Below, one piece after another: positions 47,543 to 62,439 of a stretch of 64,000 nucleotides of DNA; the stretch's first letter is position 1, and the number at the start of each line of letters is the position of its first letter. The position numbers and the translations under genes were made by a program. This DNA comes from Hydrolagus affinis (lineage: Eukaryota): assembly GCA_012026655.1 (NCBI GenBank), contig JAAILG010001328.1, forward strand, positions 1 to 64,000, in the 5' to 3' direction. Below the pieces are notes generated by a model. It saw only the letters and a list, made by a program, of their open reading frames with translations. It ran no database searches and was not told the origin of the DNA.

Positions 47543-50500
47543 AGGGGTGCTTTAAGAATGTAAACTAAGGTTGGTAGGCTGTTATAGCAGCATGAAGAAT
47601 CCACATTTGCACAATTCAAAGCCTCTTTGCATTCCGCATAAGGAAATAAAGATAGGACATAGTGGACGATTTCAATGGGGAGTTTGGGCTTAAAAGCTCT
47701 CCAACACTTACTCAACACTGAAAACATTTCTGGAAAAGCAACATATTTGAAAAAAATGAATAGAAAGCAGATTCTTGATGGCTTTGCAATTATGTCACCA
47801 TCATGCTTAAATCACATGCCATTCATAGTTGCCCCACATCTCATCAGGTCAGGTCGGTGTCTAACAAAGTGATACTTTCATCAAATCCACAACTGAGGCA
47901 GACAGAAATGCTGCCTTTCAATCTTTTAATTCCTCCAGGCTACTGGCAAAAAAAATGGTAAAATTTTAGCCTCTGATGACTCCTCAACTCTGAAGCAATT
48001 AGGCTACTTCCATTAAACTACAACGACTCACATTAATCTAGATTTCTTCTTTTAAATAAAAGGCCCTTTTGCACTCGTGATCTCATTTGATCCCCGACTT
48101 GTGCACCATTTGCCTTATAACATCCTCCAATTCCCCATTGTTCCACAGAGTTGTACGTATTGTTATTTGTTACATGTCGGAGAGTTTTGAACACATACCG
48201 TGTAGTCTGTTATCTAAACAATATTAGCCCTAGAAATCCAAACCCTATTTAACTGAGCAACTGTCAAACAACAGAGCCAGCAGTCCCAGTAGTACTGTTG
48301 ACTTGGACATGTCTTTTTTACATTATATTAGACAGGACACGCGAGTTGCTTGTCTGCATACTTCACCTCAGTTTAACCTTTCCCCAAACAAAAAGAAAAC
48401 AAATAAAATGCAATGGCAGCAGAAAAAAAAATTGAAGTGCATAAATCAGTTTGTGAAAAATCTGAGTTTATAAAGGAGAACAAGTTGTCGATTCCCTGAT
48501 AGGCAATGGAATTAGATACCTGTGGCCAGGGTTCAAACCAGTCCTGACATACATTATTCAGCCATAATTCATGCACAATTTAATAAAGCCAAATTAACAG
48601 CAGTAATATTAATGTATTCTGTGTGCAGTAAAAAAAATTAATTTGCTTGTCTTACGAAATCTGGTCATCATCAATAACAACAACAACAAAATTACATTGA
48701 TAGATTGCCTTTCATGTCGGGAGGACGTCCCAATCATATACTATTGCTAGGTTGAAAACAATGCAACTAATTCCGTTATTTTTTAAATAAGAATTTCACA
48801 TCACTACATCCTTCACCACATCCATTGAGGACACCATTCCCTTGAATGTCAACCAAAAGCCAGTTATATTCCACATAGTTTACAAGCCTCACAAATGTTC
48901 CCTGCTGTTGCCAAGAAACATTCTAAACCACTGCCTGTTGTTTGAAAACCTCTCACTTAGCGTTGACTGTATGATTGAATCAATCATATTAATATTGCTA
49001 TTGTGTTAGGAATCTAATACCTTTCCAACCGAGCGACAGTCGATGGAACCGAAGATTAGCTCCACACACATAGATCTGAAACGTGTGCCCATTTTACAAT
49101 TCATGTAAAACCTACACTGTCAATCCTAAATAATACAAACACAGGAAAGTTTAATTCCCAGATTTTTATCTGCAGAGGTGAAAACAGATTTATAATTCAC
49201 TGGAATCCTGTCCTAGATTTCAGCACCGTAACCACAATCAAAACAATCAATAAATCATTCAATGCAGTGACTAGGGATGGCACCAAAGCACAGTGATTTA
49301 AAAAGCACATGGTAGTTTATCAAACTCCAAACATATGGGTAAATGAGAATTCCCATCAAAGTAAACTGTGCTGCCCCTAAACCATTCCCTTTCTTATAAG
49401 TGCTTTTCAGTGAGCTTCAGAAACTGCTACAGAGCAATAAGAAAAGAATAATTTAAAGCTTCTCAGCAAAGTACCAGGATTTCCTACAAGTTGTCATTGT
49501 GTTTTTTAATGCACATTAGTTAACATTCAATAAAAAGAATGACGGAAGAGAATGCAAATTTTTAAAAAATCTGCCAGAGTTCAATTTGAACAGGGATCAC
49601 AAAATCTCTGGTATTCCGCTGTAACCCAAATTTCACCTCCAAAAAGATATCCAATAGCATTTTCTTATTAATTGCTAAATGGTCCAATATACCAGTAACT
49701 CTATCTCCCTTTCCTCTTCTCCGAGTGAGTGATGAAAACCTGATGGCTTAGACCTTCAAGCAAACCACCAATGCACTCACAAAGAATCAAAGAAAGAAAC
49801 ACAAACATATTGAGATGTAGACAAATATAGCTTCATTTGCAGATGTTGCACACGTCAAGAAAGAGGACTGTAACAATAAAAAGAAAAGTGGGAAGCATTC
49901 AAAAAACATGGAATAAATTCACTGCAGTCGGCCCTGAAAGGGATCAATTTTCTTGAAAAACAGGAGTCAATAAGTGACCCAAGCTCCCCAGGCATTACGT
50001 GCAGACCACAAGAACATGGTCATTTAGAAGTAACTGCTTCAAGGAACCCAGCTAAAACTACAAAGACATGAAATTCCAGTCAGACACAGGAAATTCTTCA
50101 GGGAATAAAAGAATTCTATGACTCAGAAGACGAAAATCCTCATGAATATTTACTAAATTAATCTAATGAAGTATTGTCACCAGGAAAAGTGGTTTGGTGA
50201 ATTTATGCTCTATGTAGCATGGCTTAAACAAAACAGGAAATTGAACAAATCTGAGCCACGTTACATTTTTAGCTGTTCAAGTATAAATCCATAGCTGGCT
50301 GCTGGGGAGTTCTAATGCAAAGTCTTCTTAAAATCATTGTGCACCAAATGCAACCCAACAATTTCAACTTATTAAACACAGATCTGCTGTCCTTGGATGG
50401 AGAACCTTGAAAATTGCCCGTTACATTGCTGGGTTATTAGGGAAGGTTACCTACAGACAGAAAGTCATTTACTGCAATACAGCAAAAAAAAGCATAATTC

Positions 50501-52094
50501 AAGCAAAGTGGGATGCACCCCCAATTGAAATTTTGCTGAATTGATCATGGTGAGTGGAGAAATTAATGCCAGTACACACAGAATAAAGCAAGCAAGAAGT
50601 GCAGATGCTGCTGGAAAAATAAATACACAAATATGCTGACCTGGTTATTTTGTGGGAAGTCGAACACAAGTAACTGCCTGCTGGGTGATCCCAGAAAAGT
50701 GTATAAGCTACATTTTATGAGATACAGTGCAGAGCACACAAAGGACGGAGTCTAACAGAACTGTGATTTAGTCTGCAGCAAGGTTTTGGTTTAGTACGCT
50801 TTGTTTGTATCCTCCCAGTTTAATCCAATTGTGAACTCCACTTAAAATAGTAAATGTTTACATTAAAAATACAAGAGAACGTGTGATGTATCTGAACTGT
50901 CAAAGTACTGGGAATAGCAGCAGCTGGAAGAAAAGTGTCCAATCCATTCTGCTATTATGCAGAGCTCGGGGATTACACTTCCAACAATCAATAATTGAAG
51001 CTTAACTTTTGTGATCAGAAAATAAGCAGATACTTAAAACATTATAATTATACTATCTGGAACAGAAATCAAAGACGGGGAAGCGGATTGGAATGTTCCT
51101 TTCACTCACTATCTTTTATGCCCCTACACTGCCCTACAGCGCTCGTCGAAAATTTGCAGGAACTTAAAGCATCCGTCTCAAATGGTATTCTGCTTACCTA
51201 TATAGTGCACTTACTCTCATCAAGTCCACGATGACAGATATTAATCTTCATAACTCAGTCTGAATGCCGGTATTCAACACGGATGTATATGAGGCAGTAC
51301 AATATCACCTGTCTTCAAGCTAAACTTACTGCTTTCACTACATAATAATTCTACGTCTGTACTTCATCCATGCTACTGTGTCAATGGACCACGACTGTCA
51401 TATATTAAACCCCTTTCTCTTGTAAAATAACTTCAAGCTGTAGCATTCCCTTTGATTTTACTCTTCAAGGGCTGCAATTGAAACCATAATCACTGGCATT
51501 TTTACCGTTCTGCACTTGCAGCTCTTTGGAGTGATGGTGAAGTATTCAAAAGTTTTTAATTGTCATTTTTGTTGATTTTGAAAAATGATTAAACAGGCTA
51601 AGGAAGCATTTAGTGCAGCTGGTTCGAGGCAATAAACCAAAGCCTAAACAATGTAAGGAGAGCCACCACATAGTGATCTTACAAACCAGCCTGAGTATTG
51701 AAAGAGCTGGGACGGGACTATGTTAGAAACAAAACAACTTTGAAACAGTCATTCAAATTTGCGGAATAGTTATTTTCAGATCACTCGCCACAACATTTCC
51801 AACAAGGTTAAACCTGAATTTTTTAAAGACTAATAATGAAGTGTTTGATAGCATTACCTTTATATTTATTTAAATTGATCCAGCCATTGAGCTACAAAAG
51901 GGAAGTTAATTTAATGGCCAAATAATGCAAAGAATGTTTTTTTTCCTCCACAGAACATAGACATAGTCTTAGTCACATTAATGGCATGAATGACCAATTG
52001 AATGAAAAAAATATGCTTTTTTGGGAATCTACTCTAGTTTCAAATTCACACAAAAAACCAAGATATTAAATAATGTCTTATGCTTGTTGCATCA

Positions 52095-52295
52095 TGCATA
52101 GAATTACATAGAATATAAGAGCACGGAAACAGGCCATTCAGCCCAACTAGTCCGTGCCAGTGTTTATACTGCACATGAGCCTCCACCTCTCTGCCTCTCT
52201 TATTTCCTTCTCCCTCATGTTTGCTTCAAGTTTCCTCTTAAATACAATGAAGCTTTTTGCTTCAACTGCAGCTTGCAGCAACAAGTTCCATACTC
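52095..52295 (-). mobile_element. CR1 LINE 3' fragment
   Basis: catagaattacatagaat...gcacggaaacaggccattcagcccaactagtccgtgccagtgttta. Confidence 0.8.
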
Positions 52296-52559
52296 TGCCC
52301 CTCCCCCCTTTGGATTTTTCTAAACTCCGTTTTAGACCTTAGCACGAGCTTTGCATGGTCTTGGGATGTCCTCCCAACGTGAAAGGCTCTCTATAAATGT
52401 AATTTTGTTGCTGTTGTTGCTGTCTTAAGGTTCCAGAAGTCTGAAGAGAGGGATGAGAAACAGGGAATCCAACAAACTAAGGCAAGCCAGTAGTCTTTTC
52501 TCTGTCTTGTTTTGATTACAAATACTATGTACAAGATGTATGAGCTTGGACAATGGAAG

Positions 52560-52645
52560 GGTCACACAGATGAACTCTTCAAGCATAAGTCATCTGACAG
52601 TCATCAAGAGTGGGAACTCTGGTTGATTTCTCTCTCACCACCACC
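52560..52645 (-). mobile_element. LF-SINE-like core fragment
   Basis: agtcatctgacagtcatcaagagtgggaactctggttgatttc. Confidence 0.45.
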
Positions 52646-54506
52646 ACCCAATTACAGTCATTTACAAAGATAAAACGTCCCGCTAGCAAATTGATGCATT
52701 TTACACTCAGATGTGCGTACAAAATGACTCAGTTCACCTATTGAGGGCATTACAGATAATGCCACAGACAAAGTACGACTGGTACTATTTCATTCCATTA
52801 AGTGCGCTATACAAGTGTAATTTTCTTATTGTATTCTCCACAGATTGGGATCGGCAAATGCTTTTGAAAGAATACAGTACTGTAATGCAAGGAATACAAT
52901 GAATGCAATAATGTATCTTGTAAGCATTAAACTGACAAACAAAAAGTGGTATAAGGAATATGGGGAGACATAATACGTTCTAATGGGAAAAGTTTCAATG
53001 TTAGAATTGGGCTCTTCACAAAAGCTCTAACATAGTGCCTTGTCAAACCTCCTAGTTGCCCAGCTTAGCCAATCTACTGATGGTAATTTTATTCCTGGTC
53101 ACTCCTTGTGGAACAGAATTAAAATTCATGCAAGGAAGAATTAAATGAAGGTCTTCACTTACTGAGGAATGCAAAGGGTCACAGCTAAATTTGTGCAGTC
53201 TCATCTTACTGTGCAGGGTCAGGATTGTGATTACGTTAAATGTGCTGTTGGCAATAGGAGTACTGGATTCTGTTCAAAACACACAAGTGATAACATTCTA
53301 TCATATTCAGTTAAACACAGTTTATTAAATGAAACTCCAGACACAGTAAACGATTTCTGTCAGTGAACAAACTTGCACACAATTAATGTGTTCAGGATCA
53401 CAGGCCAAATTTGCATAGAAAAAAAAACTCTTGCAGTTCCCCAAGTTCGAAGAGAACAGATCCAACAAGCAACCTGTTCAGCAGTGTAGTGCACCTGATT
53501 TGCTTTTGACGCATGTTCCTACATTCTGCCAGGCTATTTCATTGACCCTATGGACAGACAAACACAAATGCCCCAAGCCCTTCAGTCAGCTGCTGGGAAC
53601 AACTCATAGAGAAATGACGCGGTTTGTCTGAGGTTACTTGATACCCAGACACCTGATGTTTATTGCTAGATAAACATTCCAATGCAGACATGGGTGTATT
53701 TTGCGATTGAACAATCCAGCAGCCATTTTAATACAAATACATAAGTCAGGCGAATAACCCCCACATCACCAGCGGGAGACTGGAAAAAATAAAACAGTGG
53801 CTTAGAAGTTGAGCGTAACCATCAACCTCAAGGTACTAGCAAGGGTGCACTAATTTCTGATTGACTGACTCTCTTCCTTCATCAGCCCACAATTCAGAAC
53901 GGAAATCTCTCGGTGTCCGTTTAGTGATGCAAAAGTACCTGCAGTAATACTCACCAGACTGAGAGAGGAAGCAACACTGGAGCTGAGGAACTTGTGAACA
54001 ATCTTAAAGCTTCCAGTTACAGTTGCGGAAAAGGATGGTATCAGCACGTCTGCAGCACTGAATTCTACGTCTGTGCTCTCTGCTTTCATTGCATGGAGTT
54101 AACACCAGGGCTGAGTTAATTGTACTACAATACTGTTCAGTGGGAGTGGGGTGGTGGGGAGTGATGACACATAGTTTTCTAATAAGATGATGGCTCATGA
54201 TGCATATATGCAAATAATGCATAATCGCCACCAAAGCAACAAAGGATCTGCCCCAGGTTTCCCTTTGAACTCATGACTGTTAGCAATTCATTCTCAACTC
54301 CCTTGCAGCTGGAGTTTAACCTAAAGCAAACTCATTATTTCTAATTACTGTTTTAGAGCAAATGCAATGAAATATTTACATTTCCAGTTTCATCAACAGA
54401 CTCGGGGAAATTTTATGAATTCAGTGATCAGTGTTTCTCTTTGTTTAGACACGACATTGAAATTAACTAAGTTCATTGAAGTGTGGCACAGTTTTTTTTG
54501 TTTCTA

Positions 54507-54808
54507 TAATAATAATCCTTGTATTTGATATAGTGCTTTTCACGTCTTCTAGGTGTCTCAAAGCACTTCACAGAATATATTGTGAAGTGAAATGACTGTC
54601 TATTTTGTGGGTGAAACGCGGCATCCAATTGCGCACAGCAATGTCCTTCAAACCGTCGTGGATTGAGTGATCAAATTATTATTGGTTTTTTTCTTGAAGG
54701 ATTATTATAAGACATGTGGCACAAGGAAACTTCTCCAAGGTTTCTCCCCGCCAGGAATTGAACCCAGGTCTCTTGCTTACAAGGCAAATGCTCTAACCAC
54801 TGAGCTAT
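54507..54808 (-). mobile_element. Young SINE, near full length
   Basis: (taa)n tail to gctctaaccactgagcta. Confidence 0.9.
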
Positions 54809-55561
54809 GTTTGTCTCGCAAGAATGCTGCTTTTGTGAAACCCTGCTAAACAAAAATGCTCATGTCCCTTTATAGAAATGTGCATTTTTAAAAGCCTCAT
54901 GATTATTTATTAGAAATGACCTAACCACCCATCTGAAAAAGGGAAGCGATCATGTTATGATCAAGAACTTGATTCGTTTTTAGAACTGGGTTGCACCAAA
55001 TTGATCATTAATTCCTGAGTAATTATGGTGGATAAAAATGATTGCAGATGTGTTCAGAGTCTATCCCCAGATGTGAGTGAATGCTGTCTCATTTTTTCCT
55101 GCAGTGGACAAGCCCAACTAATGGCCTGCTGAGAACAGATAAACCCGAGCTCGCCTATGGCAAATTGAGTGGAGTGGCAGCCTTTCCTGACACTGCAACC
55201 TTCAGCGACAGAACTGTGGACTTCATAAAGGGCTGGCATTGCATGACTGTTAGAAATCCTGGTTTCCTGATGAGAAAGTTTGAAACATGCAAGATAACAA
55301 AAGAATGGGAACCAGTCACTCTTAAAAAATAAGTGATGAGTGACCAAATTATACATTTATACTTGGCTACTTGATTCAGATACTGAGAGTTCTTGACACC
55401 CCTCCCAAACATGCAATCATATCACTTCATGAGTCAATGCCTTCAAGAAGGGGTCAACAATAAAGGCAGAATATTAGAAAAAATATTGCAGACATGGGTT
55501 ATAAGTTTCCAATCCTCTTTTGAAAAGGCAAACGCATCAATAGACAACAGATGTTTTCTTG

Positions 55562-55740
55562 GACAAAAACGCAAAATACAGTACTGCAGATGCTGAGAAT
55601 CTGAAACACAAACAGAAGTCGCTGGGAACATTCAGCAGGTCAGGCAGCATCTATGGAGAAAGGAAAACTGTGTCAACATTTCGGGTCCATGACCCTTTGT
55701 TAAATGTGGAACCGAAAATTTCTGTTTGTGTTTCAGATGT
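55562..55740 (-). mobile_element. Penelope-type terminal fragment with hammerhead remnant and short inverted 5' piece
   Basis: Minus strand: aagggtc-atg-gaccc-gaaatgtt...tccatagatgctgcctgacctgctga; inverted piece tttctgtttgtgtttcagat at ~55719-55738. Confidence 0.65.
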
Positions 55741-55747
55741 TTTCTTG

Positions 55748-55850
55748 GACCTTGTCCAAGCAGCTGACCTTGCCCAAGCAAGGCATGTCTGAGCCTGGTG
55801 ACCTTGTCCAAGCAGCTGACCTTGCCCAAGCAAGGCATGTCTGAGCCTGG
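55748..55850 (+). repeat. Perfect tandem duplication, period 52 bp
   Basis: gaccttgtccaagcagctgaccttgcccaagcaaggcatgtctgagcctgg at 55748-55798 and 55800-55850. Confidence 0.95.
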
Positions 55851-56034
55851 ACAAGGAATGTGATCGTTGGTGGGTCCAATTCTGTCCACCAGAGTGATGA
55901 AGAGCAGAAACAATAGGCAATGTGTTCCCCATTTCGTGCAGGGGCTGAGAGCAATTCAAGGTAATGCCATCACTGTAGTAAATGCATTTAAGGAAGAAAG
56001 AAGTTGCATTGTATATGCAACATCACTTCATATC

Positions 56035-56152
56035 ATTTCGCCCACAAATATACAGTCAATTCCCTTTACAGTATATTCTGTGAAGTACTTTGAGACGTCT
56101 AGAAGACATCTAGAAAAGTGCTATGTCAAATCCAAGGATTATTGTTATTATT
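56035..56152 (+). mobile_element. Young SINE tail
   Basis: ttcgcccacaaatatacagtcaattc...gtgctatgtcaaatccaaggattattgttatt. Confidence 0.85.
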
Positions 56153-57865
56153 GTATCATCTCAAAAACAACTTGTCCGGCATGTAAATGTAAATTGTTGT
56201 TGTTGTCAAGTGCAGTGACCGTTTTTCTGGGTAAGCATACTGATTATTATGGAACTATAATCTTCCCACTTCCCAGATGTAGTGTGTATATTAATTCGTA
56301 TTAAAGGAGCCTATGTAATACTTCATGTTTTTCTCTTAAACATTTGTCTTGGTTCACCTGTCCTCCTTTTTCAACTTCCAACTCTACCACATTTCAGTAA
56401 TAATCTGTTCTTTAAAAAAATACACTCTCCTTCATCCCCATTACTCGTTCCTAGATAGTACATCTCTTTGTTATTGTCTCACTTAATTCTCTGAATGCTT
56501 TTGAAATCCTTGCTATCATTATCCTACTCCTGCAGTCCAGAGAATCCATTAATTTTACAATAGTCTTATATAAATAAACTATAATGAAGACAAACGTGAT
56601 AACAGTGAGGGTTCTTTGTAAATACTGCTTAGAGGCAGTTGGCTCCATAACACTGATAATCATATTTTGTATAGTATATACAGGTTGGCTGGGAGGTCTT
56701 TGCTGCAACAATGATAATGATGGAGGAATTTCCTAAACAATCCAAATTCTGGCACACGTCCCTTTATTGAACTTTTAAGGAGCATGTTTTAAAAACAAAA
56801 AACTACAGAATTTGAAAAGGAGCATCAAAAATATATTTAATAATTATTTTATCAATCAGAAGCTGGAGAAGACATTATTTGAGATAATTGTTGTAGTGTT
56901 GTAATTTCACTCTATTAAAATTTGATAATCTAAAAATAAAATAAATCTCTTCCTAATACTGCGACTCTGCAGTCTACTATATCGTCAGGTTGAGAATAAC
57001 TAATGGATAGCTGAAGCCAGGGCACTGGACTCAATTAAGAAACACTGGATGTTATAGTGGGAGGACGGTAGGGTATGTATTTGGAAGGATGAGATCAATA
57101 GAGCTGAAGGGCCTTCTTCCTCTTAATGTCTCTTGTGATTTTTTGATATCAGATAAAACCAGGAACTGGATTAAAACAGGCATAACAGACCTATGTGAGC
57201 CCAGCCTGTCAGATTTATTAAGATTAAAAAAATTAAAAGTGTATTCATAGATGAATGCTGGAGGAGAGGACCAATCCTGCAATAGTTTTTCAAACCGATC
57301 AAATGAATCATGCTCACATTCAATGTACAAAGCTATTTCACCAGACGGTCCAATTATAATTATACGTTTTTTGTAAAATGAGGATGGCAAATTCTAACAT
57401 GAAGTCAGAATTTTGAAAAGTATTAGTCAATTTATATATTTTTTAAACGTTGAAGTATAAAATTTCAGGCAATTTGAGTAGAATCATGCCTTCCCTTCAT
57501 CAAAGCATGCAACCATTTACTGCCCAGGGCAATTGGATCAATGCAAGTTCCATCATTATCTTATTTTTAGTGAAAACAGGAACAATGCAATTTAAAGGTT
57601 CATTCATCGGATTTTTTCCTAAATGTTCCCAATAGAATGTTACTACTGTATTCAGAACTTTCTTTCAAAAATAAATTACTTAGGACATTTTTAAATCTCA
57701 GTGCATTGGGATCTGTTCATTAAGCTCATGAGATAGGACTTTTCTGACCTATTTCCAGACTATATTGCTTTCCACAATATAATAATAGTGCGTCCTGCTG
57801 CATTAAAAACTCCATTCACAGAACATTTTGCCTGGGTTTATTGCTTTGTTCTAACACTGCACTAT

Positions 57866-57990
57866 TTGTTCCGATGAAGGGTCACATCCAAAACATTAAC
57901 CTTTCCCTTTCAGATGTTGATCGGTTCACTGTGGATTTCCAGCATTTTTTAATTCTTTTTCATATTTTCAGCATTCACAACTTTTCTTTT
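57866..57990 (+). mobile_element. Old Penelope-type terminal fragment with degenerate hammerhead core
   Basis: ccgatga-agggtcacatcc-aaaacattaac...cagatgttga...ttccagcatttt. Confidence 0.55.
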
Positions 57991-60900
57991 CATTGAAGCT
58001 AATTTGTTCCTGGTTTTATTTATAACCATGGAACAAAGGAGAAAACATGTCAGGGACACAACCAAACACACTGTTCATTAAAACGGAAAGCCAACATCAC
58101 AGCAAACTGTATGTACCCTTGTACTTTATTTGGTTAGGCCTGGTTTATTGAAAAATAAAATTTAATCTAAAGAACCTTTATTTTATTTTAATTAAACTCA
58201 GTTCTTTTAAAACTAGAGAAAACTGTAAAATAAAGTTGATTTTTTAATTTGGCTTCATTCAAACAAAACCCCTGCTCTGGCCTATTTTATTTGCTCCTTG
58301 GCAATTTATTTTATACTTCCTTTTTATGTATGATGAGGTCGTATGGTCATGTTATGTGACAATTTGTGCGTTGTGAATGGGTAATTATCAACCAGAGTAT
58401 ATTTACTGCTGCATATGAGTGAATAGCCATCTGCCACATAAGCCCGTCACTGTGCAGGAATTGGTTTAGGATTACATCATATGGTATAAATCAGGATAAG
58501 AAATGTAAATTCAAAGAAATGCTGAAATCAAAGCAATAATGAACTCAAATCTTTGCAATGCAAAAGTGATCCTCCTTTTAATCCCTAGTGTAATGTCAAA
58601 TTTCAGAACTGCACATAGCTCATTTAATGATATATTAATACTGATAGAACACTATTCCTCTGATAAATCAGTAATTATGTCTGTACCAATATGGAATGAA
58701 ACAGGGAAGGGATGCACTGAGATTAAGAATAATGAGCAACAGCAGTAAAAGTCTACAATTGATAAACTTATCACAGGAATTTCAGATAATGTTCATCAAA
58801 ACAATTCTTACCAAATATTTCAAGCCTTCAAAACACATCAATTTGTTCACATTTGCCAGACTTTTTAAAATATATATTTTTTTCATAATAACCAAGACCT
58901 TGCCAAAGAGAGTCACATTTGTAATCACTATGTTGTATGGGCAAACATGATAGCAACATCTCACACCAGCAATGAGAAGAATGTCCATTCAATTATTTTC
59001 AGGGACAACTGGATTAAATCAATAATGGCAAGTTAAGAGAATTAAACTTTAGATTTCCGTAACTGTGCCGCTCCCCAATGCAAATTTTCTAATCTTTTCT
59101 TCCATCCCAATGGAAAGCTTGCTGAATGAGCTGACTATCACATCTAAGTCAGCGTATTACTAACCTAGAGGAGGCACACATACAGCAGGAGTCAGCTTTC
59201 TCCTTCTCTCACTGACCTGGAATGCTCGCTGCTACAAAGCAATTCATTCCACCAGCCTAACAAAAAAAATTGACTAAACGCATCCGAGCTACAATGACAG
59301 GCCTGCACAGACCTCAAACTCACAACGGTCTGCAATAATTATAACAGCTTACATTAATACTGTGTCTTGAATGCAAAGGAATGTCTTGAAACTCTTTACA
59401 AAGCAAGAATAATTAGAAATGAAGTGAGCATTGTTATTTAGTCAAACGTGACAGCTAATTTGTACTAGTAATGTGCCACAAACAACATTAAGATAACTAG
59501 ATAATTGCTCTGAATATCTTGGGGCCGAATATGGATGAGCGAGGGATACAAGTCAGGGCAGCTGGAAGAAAATTCCCCCTTTTCTTTGACTTAGCAGTAA
59601 AGTGTGTGTCAAAATCCTTTTGAACTACAAAGGAAAACAGATCAGTTCAGAAAAGGATAATGATCTGGAATGAAAAGAGTTATATTTAATACAGCTTACT
59701 GTGCTAAATCGTCTTAAAATGTCAAGGTGACTGACAAAAAGTTACATTGAATTGCAAAGAACGTATGTAATTATAAGTGTGTCTTCTGAGATTTTGGACA
59801 CAGACCACTGCTTTATAACTGTTTTTCATACAGCTACATATAGGCACACGTAATTAACTGCAAAAAATGGTCAACCTCTGGAGTTGTAAGGTCATAGGTT
59901 GATATCACTTCCTTCATACATGTATGCTACAGCCTAGAAAGTACTGCTGATGATACTTCCTTTACAAAACGATATCAGCGACACTCCAGATAGTACATTT
60001 ACACAGTGAGAAGGAATTGACATCAGCAATGCTTCTGCTCATAGTATAAAAGAAGTAATGTCACCAGTGATCTGAAGACTCAGACATTGACCATTTTGTG
60101 GAAAGTGTAGTCAGCAGTGGAAATAGTGTGTTCACAATGGACCAAAGCTGTAAGCAGACCCAGGCACAACTGGGACACATTCTAATGTTATATAGCTTGT
60201 GTAGCTAGGACTACCATTCTTCATTGTTGAATGAAATTATGTAGACATATGCAAACTATAGGAGGAAAAAACATGCTGACAAATTTGTGGATTAAAATCT
60301 CACAAAAAATGGTGCCAGTTATTCTTCTTAAATTGTTTTACTTCTTTGTTATGGATGCTTCGCAATGCCGTACTAAAACAGTTTTCTTCAAGTCAGACTT
60401 GTTAGCAAAGAGATGCAATTGCTGTGAGATCTGGTGAAGATCCACAGAAGTTTAGACACAGTCTGAATATCAATGAGTTCACCTGGAACAAGGAGCACTT
60501 TAGAATATGTCCATAGTATTTGTTTGTACCATTTCACAAGTAGACAACGGATGGCAAACTTGACATCTGGTATTTATTATTAGGGGGATTAGAGTCTGGG
60601 ACTGTAGGAATTCTGCAAATAGCCTATGTCAAGACAAGCTTTTATCCGGAACCAATAGCAGATAGATTGAACATCATTAAAGTTCAACTTTGCTTGAAAG
60701 AAAAATGTGTTTTCTCTCGACACATGCTGGTATACAGATCCACAATACAAATTGCATTTCTTCCATTTTTATAATACCCTTCATGCAGGACAGTATTTCG
60801 CTATCAGTGCGAAACTGGGTGCCTCAATTATTGACACAAGTAACAATCTGTGAGCCTGGCATTGAGTGTCATCCTCAAACTATGATAATATGGGGTGTTT

Positions 60901-62439
60901 TGTTTCAATGCACCTGCTGCCCACAGATGAGCACTTTTCAGTAGGATGGTTCTGAATAGTGAACAGAAAACTTTGCTGTTTTTGTCTTCCGTAACTCAGA
61001 AGGATAATTTTAGCATTCTGTTCTAGTCGAATTAATACCAGCCTTTATAGATCCCCAATTAAACCTTCAGATCTCCTAGTCTCTATAGCTCAGTTACTCA
61101 GTGGATAATCTCTCCTGAGTTATCAAGCCGTCAGCAATTAAAAAGCAGGATGATGACACAGTTTGTTGGACTAGTTGGTTAAGGCCCAGATACTGCACTT
61201 TGCTGGCTTGCTTAATTCAGCCATATCTGATATGGTCTTAAATCAGCAAGACAAAAAAAAAACTGTTCATGTCTGAAGCTGGTCTCATCAGCAATTTATC
61301 TAAATGGGTTACAAACCAAGGATGAATACCTAAAGATAGATTGTTCCCAAACTGTACATTTTTATGCTGAGAAACCATAAAATCTCATTGTGAGATGATA
61401 ATATTACCTTCTAAAGGAAGTGCGCAAGACTTAGAAAGAAGCTGAAAGCCTTAATTTGGCATGGTTTGTGGTGGAATCTGCTAAAGTTACAGTTCTAACA
61501 AGCCGAGAAATAAATGGCATCATCATTCACTTGGTGACATGATCGATCAGTCCTTAAATCATCTACCCAAAGTTGCTCTCAGAAGTGTTGGCGTCTCGCT
61601 TTTTAAAAAAAATTTCCCTAAAGAATCCGCTATAAAGTTCAGCATTAAGCAGAAATAGTCAAAAAAAAATTTGCACCCTGATTAAGAAGAGTTGACTAAC
61701 GTAACCACAATTGAAACCTCTCTAGTAATTTTTTTGAGGGGGGTGGGGGGAGGAAATCAGTTGAAGGAATGAAAGTGTAATGGGTGAAAAACAGGAGGAA
61801 GTATATCTTTTGATTGAGTCTTTTGAGCTGCCCCACTTAATAATAATAATCATAACACTAATAATATTGTTTTCAACCAGAGTTTCTGAATTGTTTATCT
61901 TGCAGGGATCCAGCCTGCCATCCAAGGAGGCTTGTGATGTAGTCTCCTCCACATGCTCCTTGTTGTGAAGATGTGCTCTTGCCCATTAACTCTCTTCAGC
62001 CACTCAACTAAGAAGCAATAATAACATCTATTCTTTGGATGAGACATGAAAACCAGAATCATATCTGCTTGCTCTAGTTGATGCTAAAGATCTTGTGATC
62101 ATTTCAAAGAAGATTGGGCTATTCAAGGTGTTGCAGCAAATTTTCCACCCTAATCCAAATTGAATACAAAAAATACATTTTTCATTCTGTTGCATACAGG
62201 AAGGAGTTGGCACAGATCAGCTGCTATATTTGTCTGCCCAACAGCAGCTGTGGACCTTCATGTTAGGATGGGACGAGAGAGGGGTGAAGATAGGAGATGC
62301 CATGGGAAACAATATTTTTATACTCCTGAATGTTTCTACCCCCATGAATAATTATTCTACTTTACTAATTTACCCTATGAGGTCCAAAAGCACTCAATTT
62401 CTTCCCTTTTGTATGGTGGAAATAAAGTGGGGTGGTGGA

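Noticed and set aside
49700-50160. Purine-rich stretch resembling decayed coding sequence
   Set aside because: No long ORF and no identifiable motif
55748-55850. CRISPR-like repeat array
   Set aside because: Only two adjacent units, no unique spacers, eukaryotic context
59218-59257. 40-nt minus-strand exon candidate (ttttgttag| ... cag|gtcagt)
   Set aside because: Weak donor, unrecognised peptide, no partner exons
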